64,000 nucleotides of DNA, taken from positions 1-64,000 of the forward strand of contig JALWXN010000001.1 in NCBI GenBank assembly GCA_027078545.1, written 5' to 3'. Every line of letters starts with the position of its first letter. Within the stretch, counting starts at the first letter, position 1. This document shows, piece after piece, positions 21,872 to 32,178 of this stretch. The notes under the pieces are model-generated. The model was not told where the DNA came from. It was given only the letters and a program-made list of their open reading frames with translations, and made no database searches. The translations under genes were made by a program, and so were the position numbers. The stretch comes from Nitrososphaeria archaeon. GTDB lineage: Archaea > Thermoproteota > Nitrososphaeria > Geothermarchaeales > JDFR-13.

Positions 21872-22660
21872 TGGTGAGGGCCACTCCCTCTTGATCCCCG
21901 CGAGATAGATCTTCTCGATTAGGTTTTCCACCGTCTCGTGTGTCACGCCCATCTTTCTGAGGCTCTCCTCGTCGATTAGCCCTGAGGATGGGACTATCCT
22001 CGCGAGTAGGTTGTCAAGTGTGGAGATCCCGTCTAGGCCTAGTCTCTCAGCGGTTCTGGCTAGTCTGGGGTCTATCCTCAGCTTCGAGATTATTCCTTCC
22101 ATGCCGAAGTAGGAGGCTATGATGGGTAGGTCGCTGTAGTAGGTCTTTATGAGTGGGTGGTAGTCGACGGCCCTCATCTCTATAGTGTCGAACTCGCCGA
22201 GTATCCACTGTGTATATGTATATCTCCCCAGTAGGAACTGCCTATTCTTATCCGCGATGGCCCTGGCCACTATGCTTGATAGGGAGTATGTTATCCCAGC
22301 ACCTCCTGAGCCTGTAACCTCGGATAGGTATGCCCTCATAACTGTTGAGGCGTCCCTGATCCTGAGGTTTTTTATAACTATTCTCTTTGTCTTTGCCCAC
22401 CTAGCCAGGTCTCTGGGTACTCCTACGGCTCTTCCGTGGGGGATGTAGAATGCTGATAGGCTTGTCTGTATCTGGCTAGCTATGGATGTGGCTGCCGCTA
22501 GGGTTACTGCCCCCTCCCAGCTGCCGTCGATGAGTACTGCTATGCCTCGTAGGCCATATTCATCCATATAGCTGAGTATATCCTCCCTTAGATCCCTTAG
22601 TAGATGTCTAACATCGTTTCTACTTGTGAGTCTCCTAGCCCCGCTGGTGGGGATGGACAT
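21863..22660 (-). CDS. NAD synthetase (NadE)-like protein with degenerate active site
   Basis: NadE-like layout (GIAVLIDGSWEGAV, LLGRYTYTQWILG, DYHPL) directly downstream of pncB; SGGxDS missing. Confidence 0.6.
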   Translation of the reverse strand: MSIPTSGARRLTSRNDVRHLLRDLREDILSYMDEYGLRGIAVLIDGSWEGAVTLAAATSIASQIQTSLSAFYIPHGRAVGVPRDLARWAKTKRIVIKNLRIRDASTVMRAYLSEVTGSGGAGITYSLSSIVARAIADKNRQFLLGRYTYTQWILGEFDTIEMRAVDYHPLIKTYYSDLPIIASYFGMEGIISKLRIDPRLARTAERLGLDGISTLDNLLARIVPSSGLIDEESLRKMGVTHETVENLIEKIYLAGIKREWPSPLP

Positions 22661-22661
22661 C

Positions 22662-23885
22662 TTAGTCTCCCCACCCGAGGGACTTGATCCTCTCGAGCTG
22701 TCTCAGTACCCTCTTCCTCACTATATGTGGCATCTCCTCCGGTGGTATATCCTCCTGTAGTATCTTCTCACCATTCTTTATGGCTGTCACCAGCATCTTC
22801 TCCATCTCTCCCCCGCAGCGTGGGCATCTCCCCACCTTTCCGCTCCTTGGGAGTACTAGGTATTCATAGCATTCCCTGCATCTATAGACCTCCTTGACGC
22901 CGCTGAACTTACCCCTCTTGGCTATTGGCTTGTTGTTGAGCTGTACTATGTCGAGGGCGAAGTCGACTATCTTGGCGTTTGAGAGGCTTGCTCCCACGCC
23001 GTATCCATCCACTGGTGCGTCTCCAAGCCTCTTCACGAGCTCGATATCCACGCCTCCAGAGAGGAATATCTTTACGTCTCTGTATCCCCGTAGGTCTAGC
23101 TCCCACCTCACCTCCCTGATTATTGTGGCTATGTCACCCCTCCTTGAGCCAGGTGTGTCGAGCCTGACACCATCGAGTTTCTCGCCGAGTGTCTCGGCCG
23201 CCTTTATGGCTTCGGTCTTCTCGTCAGCGAATGTGTCTATCAGGGCTATCCTGGGTACGTCTCTCTCCACGTGTCTGTCGAAGGCTTTCCATGCCTCCTC
23301 CTGGCTCCCCATGATTATCACTAATGCGTGTGGCATGGTTCCCATCGGCTTCATCCCGAGTATCTTGGCGCTTAGTATGGAGGAGACCCCGTCGAACCCA
23401 CCTATGTATGCGGCGTAGTCGAGCATCGGGGTTATTGCTGGGTGCATCCTCCGGGCCCCGAATGCTAGGAGTGTCTTGTCCCATGCATGGTATCTTAGGT
23501 GGGCCGCGTATGTGGCTACCCCGGTGGCTTGGCTCAGTAGTCCTAGGAGTGGGGTCTCGTAGATGGCGAAGTCGATGTATCTGCCTGAGATGTATCCGAT
23601 GGGTACGCGTATCCCGTTGTAGTCATATGGCTTGAAGAGGGTGCCCTCCGGCAGGATCCTGAGGGTTATGGGTAGCCCTTCTAAGAGGTTTATGGCTTCA
23701 TACGTCCCGGCGAGTATGCCCCATGTGAATCCGTATGGTAGTCCTCCCGAGGTTATCTCCATATCGACTTGTGCCTCTCCCCTACCCTCCTTCTTTAGTA
23801 TGTCTACTGTGCGGATGAAGTAGATGTCTGTCGTCCCACCCCTCTTGATCTCACTCTGGGTGGCTACTAGGAATCTCCTATCCAT
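22662..23885 (-). CDS. pncB: Nicotinate phosphoribosyltransferase
   Basis: TDIYF, FGARRMHP, GTMPHAL, RLDTPGSRRG, SGG, GVG; C-terminal Zn ribbon. Confidence 0.92.
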   Translation of the reverse strand: MDRRFLVATQSEIKRGGTTDIYFIRTVDILKKEGRGEAQVDMEITSGGLPYGFTWGILAGTYEAINLLEGLPITLRILPEGTLFKPYDYNGIRVPIGYISGRYIDFAIYETPLLGLLSQATGVATYAAHLRYHAWDKTLLAFGARRMHPAITPMLDYAAYIGGFDGVSSILSAKILGMKPMGTMPHALVIIMGSQEEAWKAFDRHVERDVPRIALIDTFADEKTEAIKAAETLGEKLDGVRLDTPGSRRGDIATIIREVRWELDLRGYRDVKIFLSGGVDIELVKRLGDAPVDGYGVGASLSNAKIVDFALDIVQLNNKPIAKRGKFSGVKEVYRCRECYEYLVLPRSGKVGRCPRCGGEMEKMLVTAIKNGEKILQEDIPPEEMPHIVRKRVLRQLERIKSLGWGD

Positions 23886-23907
23886 CTGTATGCACCGCCT
23901 AGATATG

Positions 23908-25692
23908 TTAATTGGTCTCTAGGAAGTAATATTCGCCTATCTCCTTCTGGTACCTGTCGAGCCTGCTGTCTGGCTTGTTTATCCTTGGCCTCCCGCTATG
24001 CCTATCGCGCCTCAGGGTTACCCCTACCTCCTTGAGGAAGGTGTTCATCGCGTCTATCTTGTCCATAGGCTTTGTTGCGTATCCCCTTCTCGATGGTTCT
24101 CCCTTGAATACTATTATCCTGTCGGAGACCGCGTCCACCATTATTAGGTCGTGGTCGATCACGGCTGCTGGTTTCCCGCTCAGCTTTATGAACTTGTTTA
24201 TCGCGTTGGCGAGTACTAGTCTGTCCTCCACGTCTATGAAGGCTGATGGCTCGTCTAGTAGGTAGAGGTCTGCCTCCATGAGTAGCGTGGCTGATACGTA
24301 GAGCTTCTGGAGCTCCCCTCCTGAGAGGTCCTTCACCCTCCTCTCTAGTAGCTTGTATAGGTTGAGGGGTTTGAGTAGGTTGTCTACTGCCTGTCCTGAC
24401 AGTGCCTTTGACCCGACCTTCTCTAGGAGGAAGTCCTGGACTGTGCCTTCGTACTCCGGCCTTATGTACTGGGGCTTATATGCTATCCTACCCGGCCCCA
24501 CTATTATTTCTCCCTCATCCGGCTCCAGCTCCCCCACCAGCATGCGGAAGAAGGTGGTCTTGCCGGTGGCGTTCTGGCCCACTACCCCGACTACCTCTCC
24601 ATTGTATATCTCCCCATCCTCCACCTCTAGGTGGAACCCGTTGAGGGTCTTGCTCAGCCTTGTATACTTGAGTATTGGGGTCTCCTCCACCTTGTGGCTT
24701 GGCTGTGGCTTCTCGAAGACTATCTTCCTATCCCTGAACCTTATGTTGTCGCCGGGGATGTATCCGTCTAGGAATATGTTTATACCTGTCCTTACACTCT
24801 CGTTTCGGGTGAATATGCCGTAGGTGCCCGGCTCTCCATAGACTACTGATACCTGGTCGCTTACATAGTCGAGGAAGGCTAGGTCGTGGTCGACGAGTAC
24901 TACGTACTTTCCTCTCTGGGCTATCTCTGTTATTAGCCTGGCTATGGCCATCCTCTCGAAGACGTCGTTGAAGCTGCTGGGCTCGTCTATCAGGTATGCA
25001 TCCGCATCTTTTAGGAGTGCTGCTGCTAGTACGAGTCTCTGCACCTCTCCTCCTGAGAGGTTCTTGACGTCTTTGTCGAGGCTGTTCCCAAGGTTCAGCC
25101 TCTCCACCATGTAGTCTATCTCGCCCGTCTCGTCGGCCTTCCTGAGTAGGTCTATAACCCTGCCCTTCACTATCCTGGGGGTTAGGTATACCTCCTGTGG
25201 CTTGTATGATACTCTTAGCCTACCGTCGTATAGGTCTTTGAAGTAGTAGTATAGCTGTGTCCCTGAGAGGTAGTCTAGGACTGCGTCTCTATCGGGCTCC
25301 TTCTCTAGGTTGCCCAGGTTTGGTATCAGCCTGCCTGACAATATCTTTATGGCTGTAGACTTCCCAGTCCCGTTCCTACCCACTATTCCGAGTACCTGGC
25401 CCTTTAGGGGTGTGGGTAGGCGGAAGAGTCTGAAGCCGTTTACGTCGTATTGGTGGATCAGGTCTGTCTCGAGCTGTTGTGGCAGGTTGACTATGGTTAT
25501 TGCGTTGAAGGGGCATTTATTTACACATATTCCACAGCCTATGCAGAGGGGCTCGTTGATATATGGCTCCCCCTCTATGAACTCTACCGCCATTATACCC
25601 ATCTTTACGGGTGGGCAGAACCTCTGGCATTCATGGTTACACTTGTCTGGGTTGCATATGTCCCGGTCTATTACGGCTACTCTTAGCACCAT
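23908..25692 (-). CDS. rli: Ribosome recycling ATPase ABCE1/RLI
   Basis: N-terminal 2x[4Fe-4S] Cys pattern, two ABC domains, RPRINK. Confidence 0.97.
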   Translation of the reverse strand: MVLRVAVIDRDICNPDKCNHECQRFCPPVKMGIMAVEFIEGEPYINEPLCIGCGICVNKCPFNAITIVNLPQQLETDLIHQYDVNGFRLFRLPTPLKGQVLGIVGRNGTGKSTAIKILSGRLIPNLGNLEKEPDRDAVLDYLSGTQLYYYFKDLYDGRLRVSYKPQEVYLTPRIVKGRVIDLLRKADETGEIDYMVERLNLGNSLDKDVKNLSGGEVQRLVLAAALLKDADAYLIDEPSSFNDVFERMAIARLITEIAQRGKYVVLVDHDLAFLDYVSDQVSVVYGEPGTYGIFTRNESVRTGINIFLDGYIPGDNIRFRDRKIVFEKPQPSHKVEETPILKYTRLSKTLNGFHLEVEDGEIYNGEVVGVVGQNATGKTTFFRMLVGELEPDEGEIIVGPGRIAYKPQYIRPEYEGTVQDFLLEKVGSKALSGQAVDNLLKPLNLYKLLERRVKDLSGGELQKLYVSATLLMEADLYLLDEPSAFIDVEDRLVLANAINKFIKLSGKPAAVIDHDLIMVDAVSDRIIVFKGEPSRRGYATKPMDKIDAMNTFLKEVGVTLRRDRHSGRPRINKPDSRLDRYQKEIGEYYFLETN

Positions 25693-25787
25693 GTCTATCC
25701 ACCCCCAATAATTATTCTAGGCCCCTCTCCCCCTGAGCCCCGTGTTCAAGACCCTTAATATATATCTATTCCTGGTAAATTAGTGGG

Positions 25788-26489
25788 GTGGTGTCCTGCC
25801 ATATGAGTAGAGCAGGTGGTGTGACTACTAATCCTATCGATATGTTGAAGTGGAGCATCGACTGGATGGCTAGGGATAACAAGATATGGATATACCCTGT
25901 CCTCCTCTCCCTCATCTCCGGCCTACTCATCTATGCCCTGAGCATCGTCTTCCTACCCGCAGCGATCCTCCTACCATTCGCGATATTTGTATGGTGGCTC
26001 ATAGTACTAGTGGTTAACCTGCTTATCCAGCTCGTCATATACGTCCTGATGGTCATCAGTGGTAAGATGTTTCTACAGGCCTTTACCGAGGGCTCTACAG
26101 ACTTTGAGAGGGCTAAGAGGGAGGTCCAGTCCGCGATCGGCGCATATATAGTCGTAGGTATAATAGCTGTGATCCTCGGCGCCCTCATCATAACTGCGCC
26201 GCTGGGTATTATGCTGGTTGTCTACTCCATCCTATACGATCCATCTAGGATCGCTGAGAACCTTGAGAGGGGCTTCAGGGCTATCATAGATAACCTCGCC
26301 CATGTACTTATCTTCATAATCATCTCTATAGTGGCTGGTGCCCTACTATCCCTATCCGGCTCGTTGCTCTCGATACTCACCAACCCGTTGTCGACATTCC
26401 TGAACATTGCTGTGCTGGGTGCCTTCGTCTATCTCGCCGCTGAGTATGAGGGTCTAGGTGGGGAGGAGGCTGGTCCTGAGGAGGTCTAA
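25788..26489 (+). CDS. Multi-pass membrane protein
   Basis: About 6 hydrophobic segments; acidic tail. Confidence 0.7.
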   Translation: MVSCHMSRAGGVTTNPIDMLKWSIDWMARDNKIWIYPVLLSLISGLLIYALSIVFLPAAILLPFAIFVWWLIVLVVNLLIQLVIYVLMVISGKMFLQAFTEGSTDFERAKREVQSAIGAYIVVGIIAVILGALIITAPLGIMLVVYSILYDPSRIAENLERGFRAIIDNLAHVLIFIIISIVAGALLSLSGSLLSILTNPLSTFLNIAVLGAFVYLAAEYEGLGGEEAGPEEV

Positions 26490-26534
26490 GGCGTTATAAC
26501 CCACATTCTCTATACTAGTCTGTCTTGGTGCGCT

Positions 26535-29159
26535 ATGGAGAGGGGGATTACTAAGGAGGAGTTGTTGGCTGCTCTGGATCCTGACGTAGCCCGTTGGTTC
26601 TCGCGCTTCGAGGACCTGACTCCTCCCCAGAGGCTGGGTATACCCCATATAATGGCGGGTAGGAATGTACTTATCACCTCCCCCACGGGTTCTGGCAAGA
26701 CGTTGACGGCCTTCCTATACATCCTGAGCGAGCTATATAAGATGGCTAAGAGGGGCGAGCTTAGGGACACGGTATACGCCGTGTATGTCTCGCCCCTGAG
26801 GTCCCTCAATAATGATATACGTAGGAATCTTGAGACCCCGCTTAGAGAGATATCTGAGATGATATCCGCCGATGGCCGTGAGCCTCCTGAGATTAGGGTT
26901 GATATCAGGACTGGGGATACGACTCAGAGTGAGAGAAGCAGGATGCTCCGTAAGCCGCCCCATATACTCATCACTACACCGGAGTCTCTAGCCCTGATAA
27001 TCACAGCCCCGAAGTTTAGGGAGAGGCTTAGGAGTGTTAGGTGGGTCATTATAGATGAGGTCCATAGCCTCTGTGAGAATAAGAGGGGTGTACACCTCGC
27101 CCTCTCCCTGGAGCGGCTGGAGGAGCTCGTTGATGGCCCGTTGAGGCGTATAGGCCTCTCCGCAACTATACATCCCTTGGATGAGGTGGCTAGGTATCTG
27201 GTTGGCTATAACGATGACGGGTCGCCCCGTGAATGCGTCATTGTCGACGCCCGTTTCGTTAAGGAGATGGATCTCCGACTATACTCCCCGGTTAAGGATC
27301 TGATCTACACCGATAGTGAGGAGAAGAATAGGGCTCTCTATATGTTCCTCAAACGGGTTATCGATAGCCATAGGACAACTCTCATCTTCACCAATACGCG
27401 TAGCGGTGCTGAGAGGGTGGCGTACCACCTGGTGAAGTATGGGATCGTTAGGGAGGATGAGCTCGGTGTCCATCATAGTAGCCTCTCTAGGGAGGTTAGG
27501 TTTGATATTGAGGAGAAGCTTAAGAGGGGTGAGATACGCTGCGTAGTGACTAGTACGAGTCTGGAGCTGGGGATAGATATCGGCTATATAGACGCCGTTG
27601 TCCAGATAGGGTCTCCTAAGAGTATTAACAGGGGGCTCCAGAGGATCGGTAGGAGTGGGCATAGCCTTGACCGTGTCTCGAAGGGGTATTTCGTTGCCCT
27701 GGATCTTGACGACCTGGCTGAGGATGGGGTCTTGATATCCGAGGCCTATAGGAGTAGGCTCGACCGTGTCTATATCCCTATGAAGCCCCTCGATGTTCTT
27801 GCTCAGCATATAGTTGGTATGGCCCTCGAGAGGAGGTGGCGTGTGGAGGATGCCTTTAGGGTTGTTAGGAGGGCCTATCCCTATCACGACCTATCGATGG
27901 AGGAGTTCCTAGACGTCCTCAGGTATCTAAGTGGTAGGTATGGGCTTGAGGACTATAGGGTGTATGGGAAGATCTGGTTCGACGAGGAGACTATGGAGTT
28001 TGGTAGGCGTGGCCGCTACCTGAGGCCTATCTACTTCATGAATATAGGCACTATACCCGAGAACATGAACCTCGTAGTGTATCATGGGAGGCGGAGGATC
28101 GGGTTGTTGGAGGAGGAGTTCGTCGAGCATCTGGATGTGGGTGACATCTTCGTCCTCTCTGGTAGGACCTACCGCTTCCTCGGGGTTAAGGGTGATAAGG
28201 TATATGTAGAGCCCGCCGATGGTAGGAAGCCCACAGTCCCTACGTGGATCTCCGAGATGCTCCCCCTCTCCTTCGACCTGGGAGAGGCCCTATCGAGATA
28301 TAGATATGTGATCTATAGGATGGTGAGTAGTGGGCATCGCGAGGGTGCCAGACGCTTCATAAAGCGGTTTATGAGGGCGGATGACTGGGCAGCGGATAAC
28401 CTGGTCAGGTATATAGAGGCTCAGGCGGGTTATCTCAGGAGCCTCGGTGTAGATGTCTTCCACTCCCCTAGGGATATACTTGTTGAGAGGTATCTCGATA
28501 GGGGGGAGAACCTGCTATACCTGATCTTCCACGGCGTCTTCGGTAGGAGGGCTAACAGTGTCCTGGCGAAGGCCTATGCCTATAGGGCTAGGGAGGCGTT
28601 GGGGACTAGTGTGAAGGTCTTGGTGGATGACCATGGCTTCGGGATAGGCTATCCCAGTGAGCTTATGGATAGACTGGATGTCGAATGGCTTGTGAGGAGT
28701 ATAAGGAGTGATGAGCTTAGGGATGTGGTCACAGCCTCGATAATGAGTAGCCACTATATCAGGCGGATATTTAGACACGTGGCTAACCGTGGGCTCATGA
28801 TCCTCCGGTACTACAAGGGTAGGAAGACGAGGCTCACTAGGCAGCAGCTGAATAGTGAGGCGATCTTCGAGTTTGTCCGTAGGATCAGGGACTTCCCGCT
28901 CCTCAGGGAGGCTGTGAGGGAGGTCATCGAGGATAAGATGGACGTAGCTAGTGCCGAGTCTGTATTGAGGGATGTGGAGACTGGGAGGAGGCGCTTCGTG
29001 ATACTACCCATTAGTGATGTGCCCTCCCCATTCGCCCATGGATTGCTCCTGAGGGGTATGGAGGACGTGGTCTTGATGGAGGATAGGGTTAAGATCCTCC
29101 AGAGGTTTTATAACATGCTGTGGCTTAAGATTGGTGGGAATGGCGATAAAGCTGTATAG
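26535..29159 (+). CDS. lhr: Lhr-core ATP-dependent SF2 helicase
   Basis: SPTGSGKT, DEVH, SAT, ELGIDIG, QRIGRSGH, IGTIP, SPFA. Confidence 0.95.
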   Translation: MERGITKEELLAALDPDVARWFSRFEDLTPPQRLGIPHIMAGRNVLITSPTGSGKTLTAFLYILSELYKMAKRGELRDTVYAVYVSPLRSLNNDIRRNLETPLREISEMISADGREPPEIRVDIRTGDTTQSERSRMLRKPPHILITTPESLALIITAPKFRERLRSVRWVIIDEVHSLCENKRGVHLALSLERLEELVDGPLRRIGLSATIHPLDEVARYLVGYNDDGSPRECVIVDARFVKEMDLRLYSPVKDLIYTDSEEKNRALYMFLKRVIDSHRTTLIFTNTRSGAERVAYHLVKYGIVREDELGVHHSSLSREVRFDIEEKLKRGEIRCVVTSTSLELGIDIGYIDAVVQIGSPKSINRGLQRIGRSGHSLDRVSKGYFVALDLDDLAEDGVLISEAYRSRLDRVYIPMKPLDVLAQHIVGMALERRWRVEDAFRVVRRAYPYHDLSMEEFLDVLRYLSGRYGLEDYRVYGKIWFDEETMEFGRRGRYLRPIYFMNIGTIPENMNLVVYHGRRRIGLLEEEFVEHLDVGDIFVLSGRTYRFLGVKGDKVYVEPADGRKPTVPTWISEMLPLSFDLGEALSRYRYVIYRMVSSGHREGARRFIKRFMRADDWAADNLVRYIEAQAGYLRSLGVDVFHSPRDILVERYLDRGENLLYLIFHGVFGRRANSVLAKAYAYRAREALGTSVKVLVDDHGFGIGYPSELMDRLDVEWLVRSIRSDELRDVVTASIMSSHYIRRIFRHVANRGLMILRYYKGRKTRLTRQQLNSEAIFEFVRRIRDFPLLREAVREVIEDKMDVASAESVLRDVETGRRRFVILPISDVPSPFAHGLLLRGMEDVVLMEDRVKILQRFYNMLWLKIGGNGDKAV

Positions 29160-29892
29160 GGGGCTATACATAGCGGATCCATGGCCAGCCGCATATATCG
29201 AGGATATGGACGCCCTCGTATTCTCAGATCTACACCTGGGTATTGAGGGTACGCTTGAGGAGGAGGGGGTCTTCCTACCCAGGGGTGTGAGTAGGGCTAC
29301 CGCCGATATAGTCTTCTCGGCAATAGAGGATTATAGGCCGTCAACGGTCGTCTTCGACGGTGATCTTAAGCACTCCTTCGGGCTTCTTAAGACGAGTGAG
29401 TGGAGGGAGCTTAGGAGCTTCTTCGAGAGGCTTAGGGATGTGTATCGTCTCCAAGTGTATGTGGTGAGGGGGAACCATGACAACTATCTAGGTGTCCTGC
29501 TGGACCGGTTTGGATACAAGTTCTTCGAGAGGCTTGATGGTGAGTGGTATACTATTATCCATGGCCACGAGGATGTGGATCCAGATGAGCTTAGGGAGGT
29601 CGTGATACTTGGCCATGAGCATCCTAGCATCGTACTGAGGGACGAGGCTGGTGGTAAGTATAGGTTTAAATGCTTCCTATGGGGGGACTATGGGGAGAAG
29701 AAATTCCTCGTCCTACCCCCCGTATCCGAGTTGTCTGGGGGGAGTAACTATGCGAGCTATGAGTTGATGAGGCCTATGTCGCCCATACTTAGGAGGTTTG
29801 ATATGGGGGTGATGAGGCCCTACGCCATCGTTGTCGGTGAGGCTGTTATGGAGCTGCCTCCCCTTAGGGAGCTCGGCTCCGTGATGGGGTAA
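29140..29892 (+). CDS. Metallophosphoesterase (Lhr-associated MPE type)
   Basis: SDLHLG, GDLKH, GNHD, HGH, GHEHP; overlaps lhr. Confidence 0.9.
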   Translation: MAIKLYRGLYIADPWPAAYIEDMDALVFSDLHLGIEGTLEEEGVFLPRGVSRATADIVFSAIEDYRPSTVVFDGDLKHSFGLLKTSEWRELRSFFERLRDVYRLQVYVVRGNHDNYLGVLLDRFGYKFFERLDGEWYTIIHGHEDVDPDELREVVILGHEHPSIVLRDEAGGKYRFKCFLWGDYGEKKFLVLPPVSELSGGSNYASYELMRPMSPILRRFDMGVMRPYAIVVGEAVMELPPLRELGSVMG

Positions 29893-29980
29893 GGTGATAA
29901 CCTAGGGGGTCGTCGGAGTATATAGATACTATTCTAAAAAACCGGGCTGGAATACTATACCTAATCCACTGGTGAATACT

Positions 29981-31018
29981 ATGAGGCCCACCAGGGAAGT
30001 GGGGATCTACGGCTATGGTGCGTATATCCCTAGGTACATCATAGAGAATAGGGATATAGCTGATCTCTGGGGGCGTGACGCCACTCCTATAAAGTCTAAG
30101 AGCTTTCCTAGCTACGACGAGGACACGATAACGATTGCCTATGAGGCCGCGTTGAGGGCTATAGAGTCCTCAGGCGCCGATCCATCTCTGATCGGGGCGG
30201 TCTTCATAGGGAGCGAGTCTAAGCCCTATGCTGTCAAGCCTTCGGGTACTGTGGTGGCGGAGGCCCTAGGCCTGGGTAGGAACATATTGTCGGCCGACTA
30301 TGAATTCGCCTGTAAGGCTGGTACTGAGGCTATGCAGACTGTTTTTGGCCTTGTCTCCTCGGGTATGATCAGGATGGGTCTAGCTATAGGTGCTGATACT
30401 GCCCAGGGTAGGCCTGGTGATGAGCTTGAATATACTGCTGCAGCGGGTGGTGCAGCCTATATAATCTCAAGGGTTGAGGATGGTGTGTTGGCTAGGCTAG
30501 AGGCTTCCTACACATATGTCTCGGACACCCCCGACTTCTGGAGGAGGAGTCTGGAGGAGTATCCCCGTCATCTCTATAGGTTTACGGGTGAGCCGGCCTA
30601 TTTCCACCACATCATGTCGAGTGTGAAGGGACTCTTCGAGGAGTATGGCTACAGCCCCTCCGACTTTAAGTACGCGGTCTTCCACCAGCCAAACTATAAG
30701 TTCCCTACCCGTGTAGCCAAGAAGCTGGGCTTCACTATGGATCAGATAAAGCCTGGGCTGGTGGTGGCCCTTGTAGGGAATACTTATAGCGGCTCGAGTC
30801 TACTTGGGCTTGCAGCCACCCTCGACGTGGCGGAGCCGGGTGACAAGATACTGCTCGCATCCTTCGGCTCCGGCGCTGGTAGTGACTCGATGGTCTTCGA
30901 GGTGACTGATCTCATTGAGGAGAGGAGGATGAGGCCCCCGGTCTCCAAGCTTATCTCTAGGATGATTCCGGGTGACTATGCGACCTATGCGATGTTTAGG
31001 GATATCCTGAGGAGGTGA
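29981..31018 (+). CDS. mvaS: Hydroxymethylglutaryl-CoA synthase
   Basis: GSESKPYAVKP, EFACKAGT (catalytic Cys), FHQPN, GNTYSG, SFGSGAGSD. Confidence 0.95.
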   Translation: MRPTREVGIYGYGAYIPRYIIENRDIADLWGRDATPIKSKSFPSYDEDTITIAYEAALRAIESSGADPSLIGAVFIGSESKPYAVKPSGTVVAEALGLGRNILSADYEFACKAGTEAMQTVFGLVSSGMIRMGLAIGADTAQGRPGDELEYTAAAGGAAYIISRVEDGVLARLEASYTYVSDTPDFWRRSLEEYPRHLYRFTGEPAYFHHIMSSVKGLFEEYGYSPSDFKYAVFHQPNYKFPTRVAKKLGFTMDQIKPGLVVALVGNTYSGSSLLGLAATLDVAEPGDKILLASFGSGAGSDSMVFEVTDLIEERRMRPPVSKLISRMIPGDYATYAMFRDILRR

Positions 31019-32175
31019 GCCTCATGGGTATGCCTGTAATAGCTGGGTATGGCTTCACCCGGGTGGGTGAGCATTGGGATAGGGGTTTGAAGGACTTGTC
31101 GCTGGAGGCTATTGAGAAGGTCTTCGAGGGCATGTCCTCGGTTGAGATAGATGCTATATATGTGGGGACGGCCCTCTCAGGGTTCTACGAGCTACAGCTC
31201 TCACTGGCTAGCCACATAGCAGACCTGATAGCGAGGTTCGACGCATCTGTATCCAACTTCGAGGCTGGCGCGGCCTCCTCGGCCCAGGCTTTCTACAACG
31301 CCGCTCTCGGGATACTCTCTGGGATGTATAAGGCGGTCCTGGTTGGTGGTGTTGAGAAGATGAGTGATGAGCTTCCCGCCCCTAACTATAGGGGTGTCTC
31401 ACTGGTGGAGGATAGTTTCCTCGTGAACTATTCGGGCATGACCGAGATCGGTCTCCACGCCCTCCTAGCAAAGATGTATCTCTCGGAGTATGGCCTCGAG
31501 GAGCCATTGTACTCATACCTCCCGGTAAATGAGCATGAGAATGCGTCTAGGGCTGGGCATGCACAGTTTAGGAATAGGATTACGTATGACATGGTTAGGT
31601 CGGCATCGCCCGTCTCTGATCCCTTGACGATCTTCGATGTGACTGCTCCTGGGGATGGGGCGGCCTATATACTGTTGATGGATAGGGAGTATGCCGACTC
31701 GCTGGGGGTTGAGTATGTCAAGCTCCTTGGTATGGGTGCGGCTGGGCAGCCAGCCAATCTCTTTGACAGGGCCTCGCCCCTATTCTTCTCTGCCAGTTCG
31801 AGGGCTGTTGAGAAGGCTCTTGAGAAGGCTGGTGTGGAGACTGAGGATATTGGTCTGCTGGAGATGTATAACCCCTCATCGATCTCGGGCGTCCTCGTCC
31901 TGGAGTCTCTAGGACTGGCCGATAAGGGTGGTGCTGGGAAGCTATTGGAGAGGGGATACTTCTCACTCTCTGGTGAGCTGCCTGTGAACACCTTCGGGGG
32001 TGCCAAGGCCAGGGGTGATCCTAAGGGTGCCACTGCTGCGTATCAGTTGGCCGAGGCCGCTATGCAGCTCCTTGGCAGGGCTGGTGATAACCAGGTTGAT
32101 GGTGCTGAGTATGCCCTCGTCCACTCTATGGTGGGCCTGGATATATCTGCATATGCCTTTGTCCTGGGGGTGTAG
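31015..32175 (+). CDS. Thiolase-fold protein lacking the catalytic Cys and His residues
   Basis: GGVEKM, DGAA, VNTFGG thiolase scaffold; EAGAASS, EMYN and GDP replace ExACAS, EvHD and GHP; no Cys in the protein. Confidence 0.85.
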   Translation: MSLMGMPVIAGYGFTRVGEHWDRGLKDLSLEAIEKVFEGMSSVEIDAIYVGTALSGFYELQLSLASHIADLIARFDASVSNFEAGAASSAQAFYNAALGILSGMYKAVLVGGVEKMSDELPAPNYRGVSLVEDSFLVNYSGMTEIGLHALLAKMYLSEYGLEEPLYSYLPVNEHENASRAGHAQFRNRITYDMVRSASPVSDPLTIFDVTAPGDGAAYILLMDREYADSLGVEYVKLLGMGAAGQPANLFDRASPLFFSASSRAVEKALEKAGVETEDIGLLEMYNPSSISGVLVLESLGLADKGGAGKLLERGYFSLSGELPVNTFGGAKARGDPKGATAAYQLAEAAMQLLGRAGDNQVDGAEYALVHSMVGLDISAYAFVLGV

Positions 32176-32178
32176 GGG

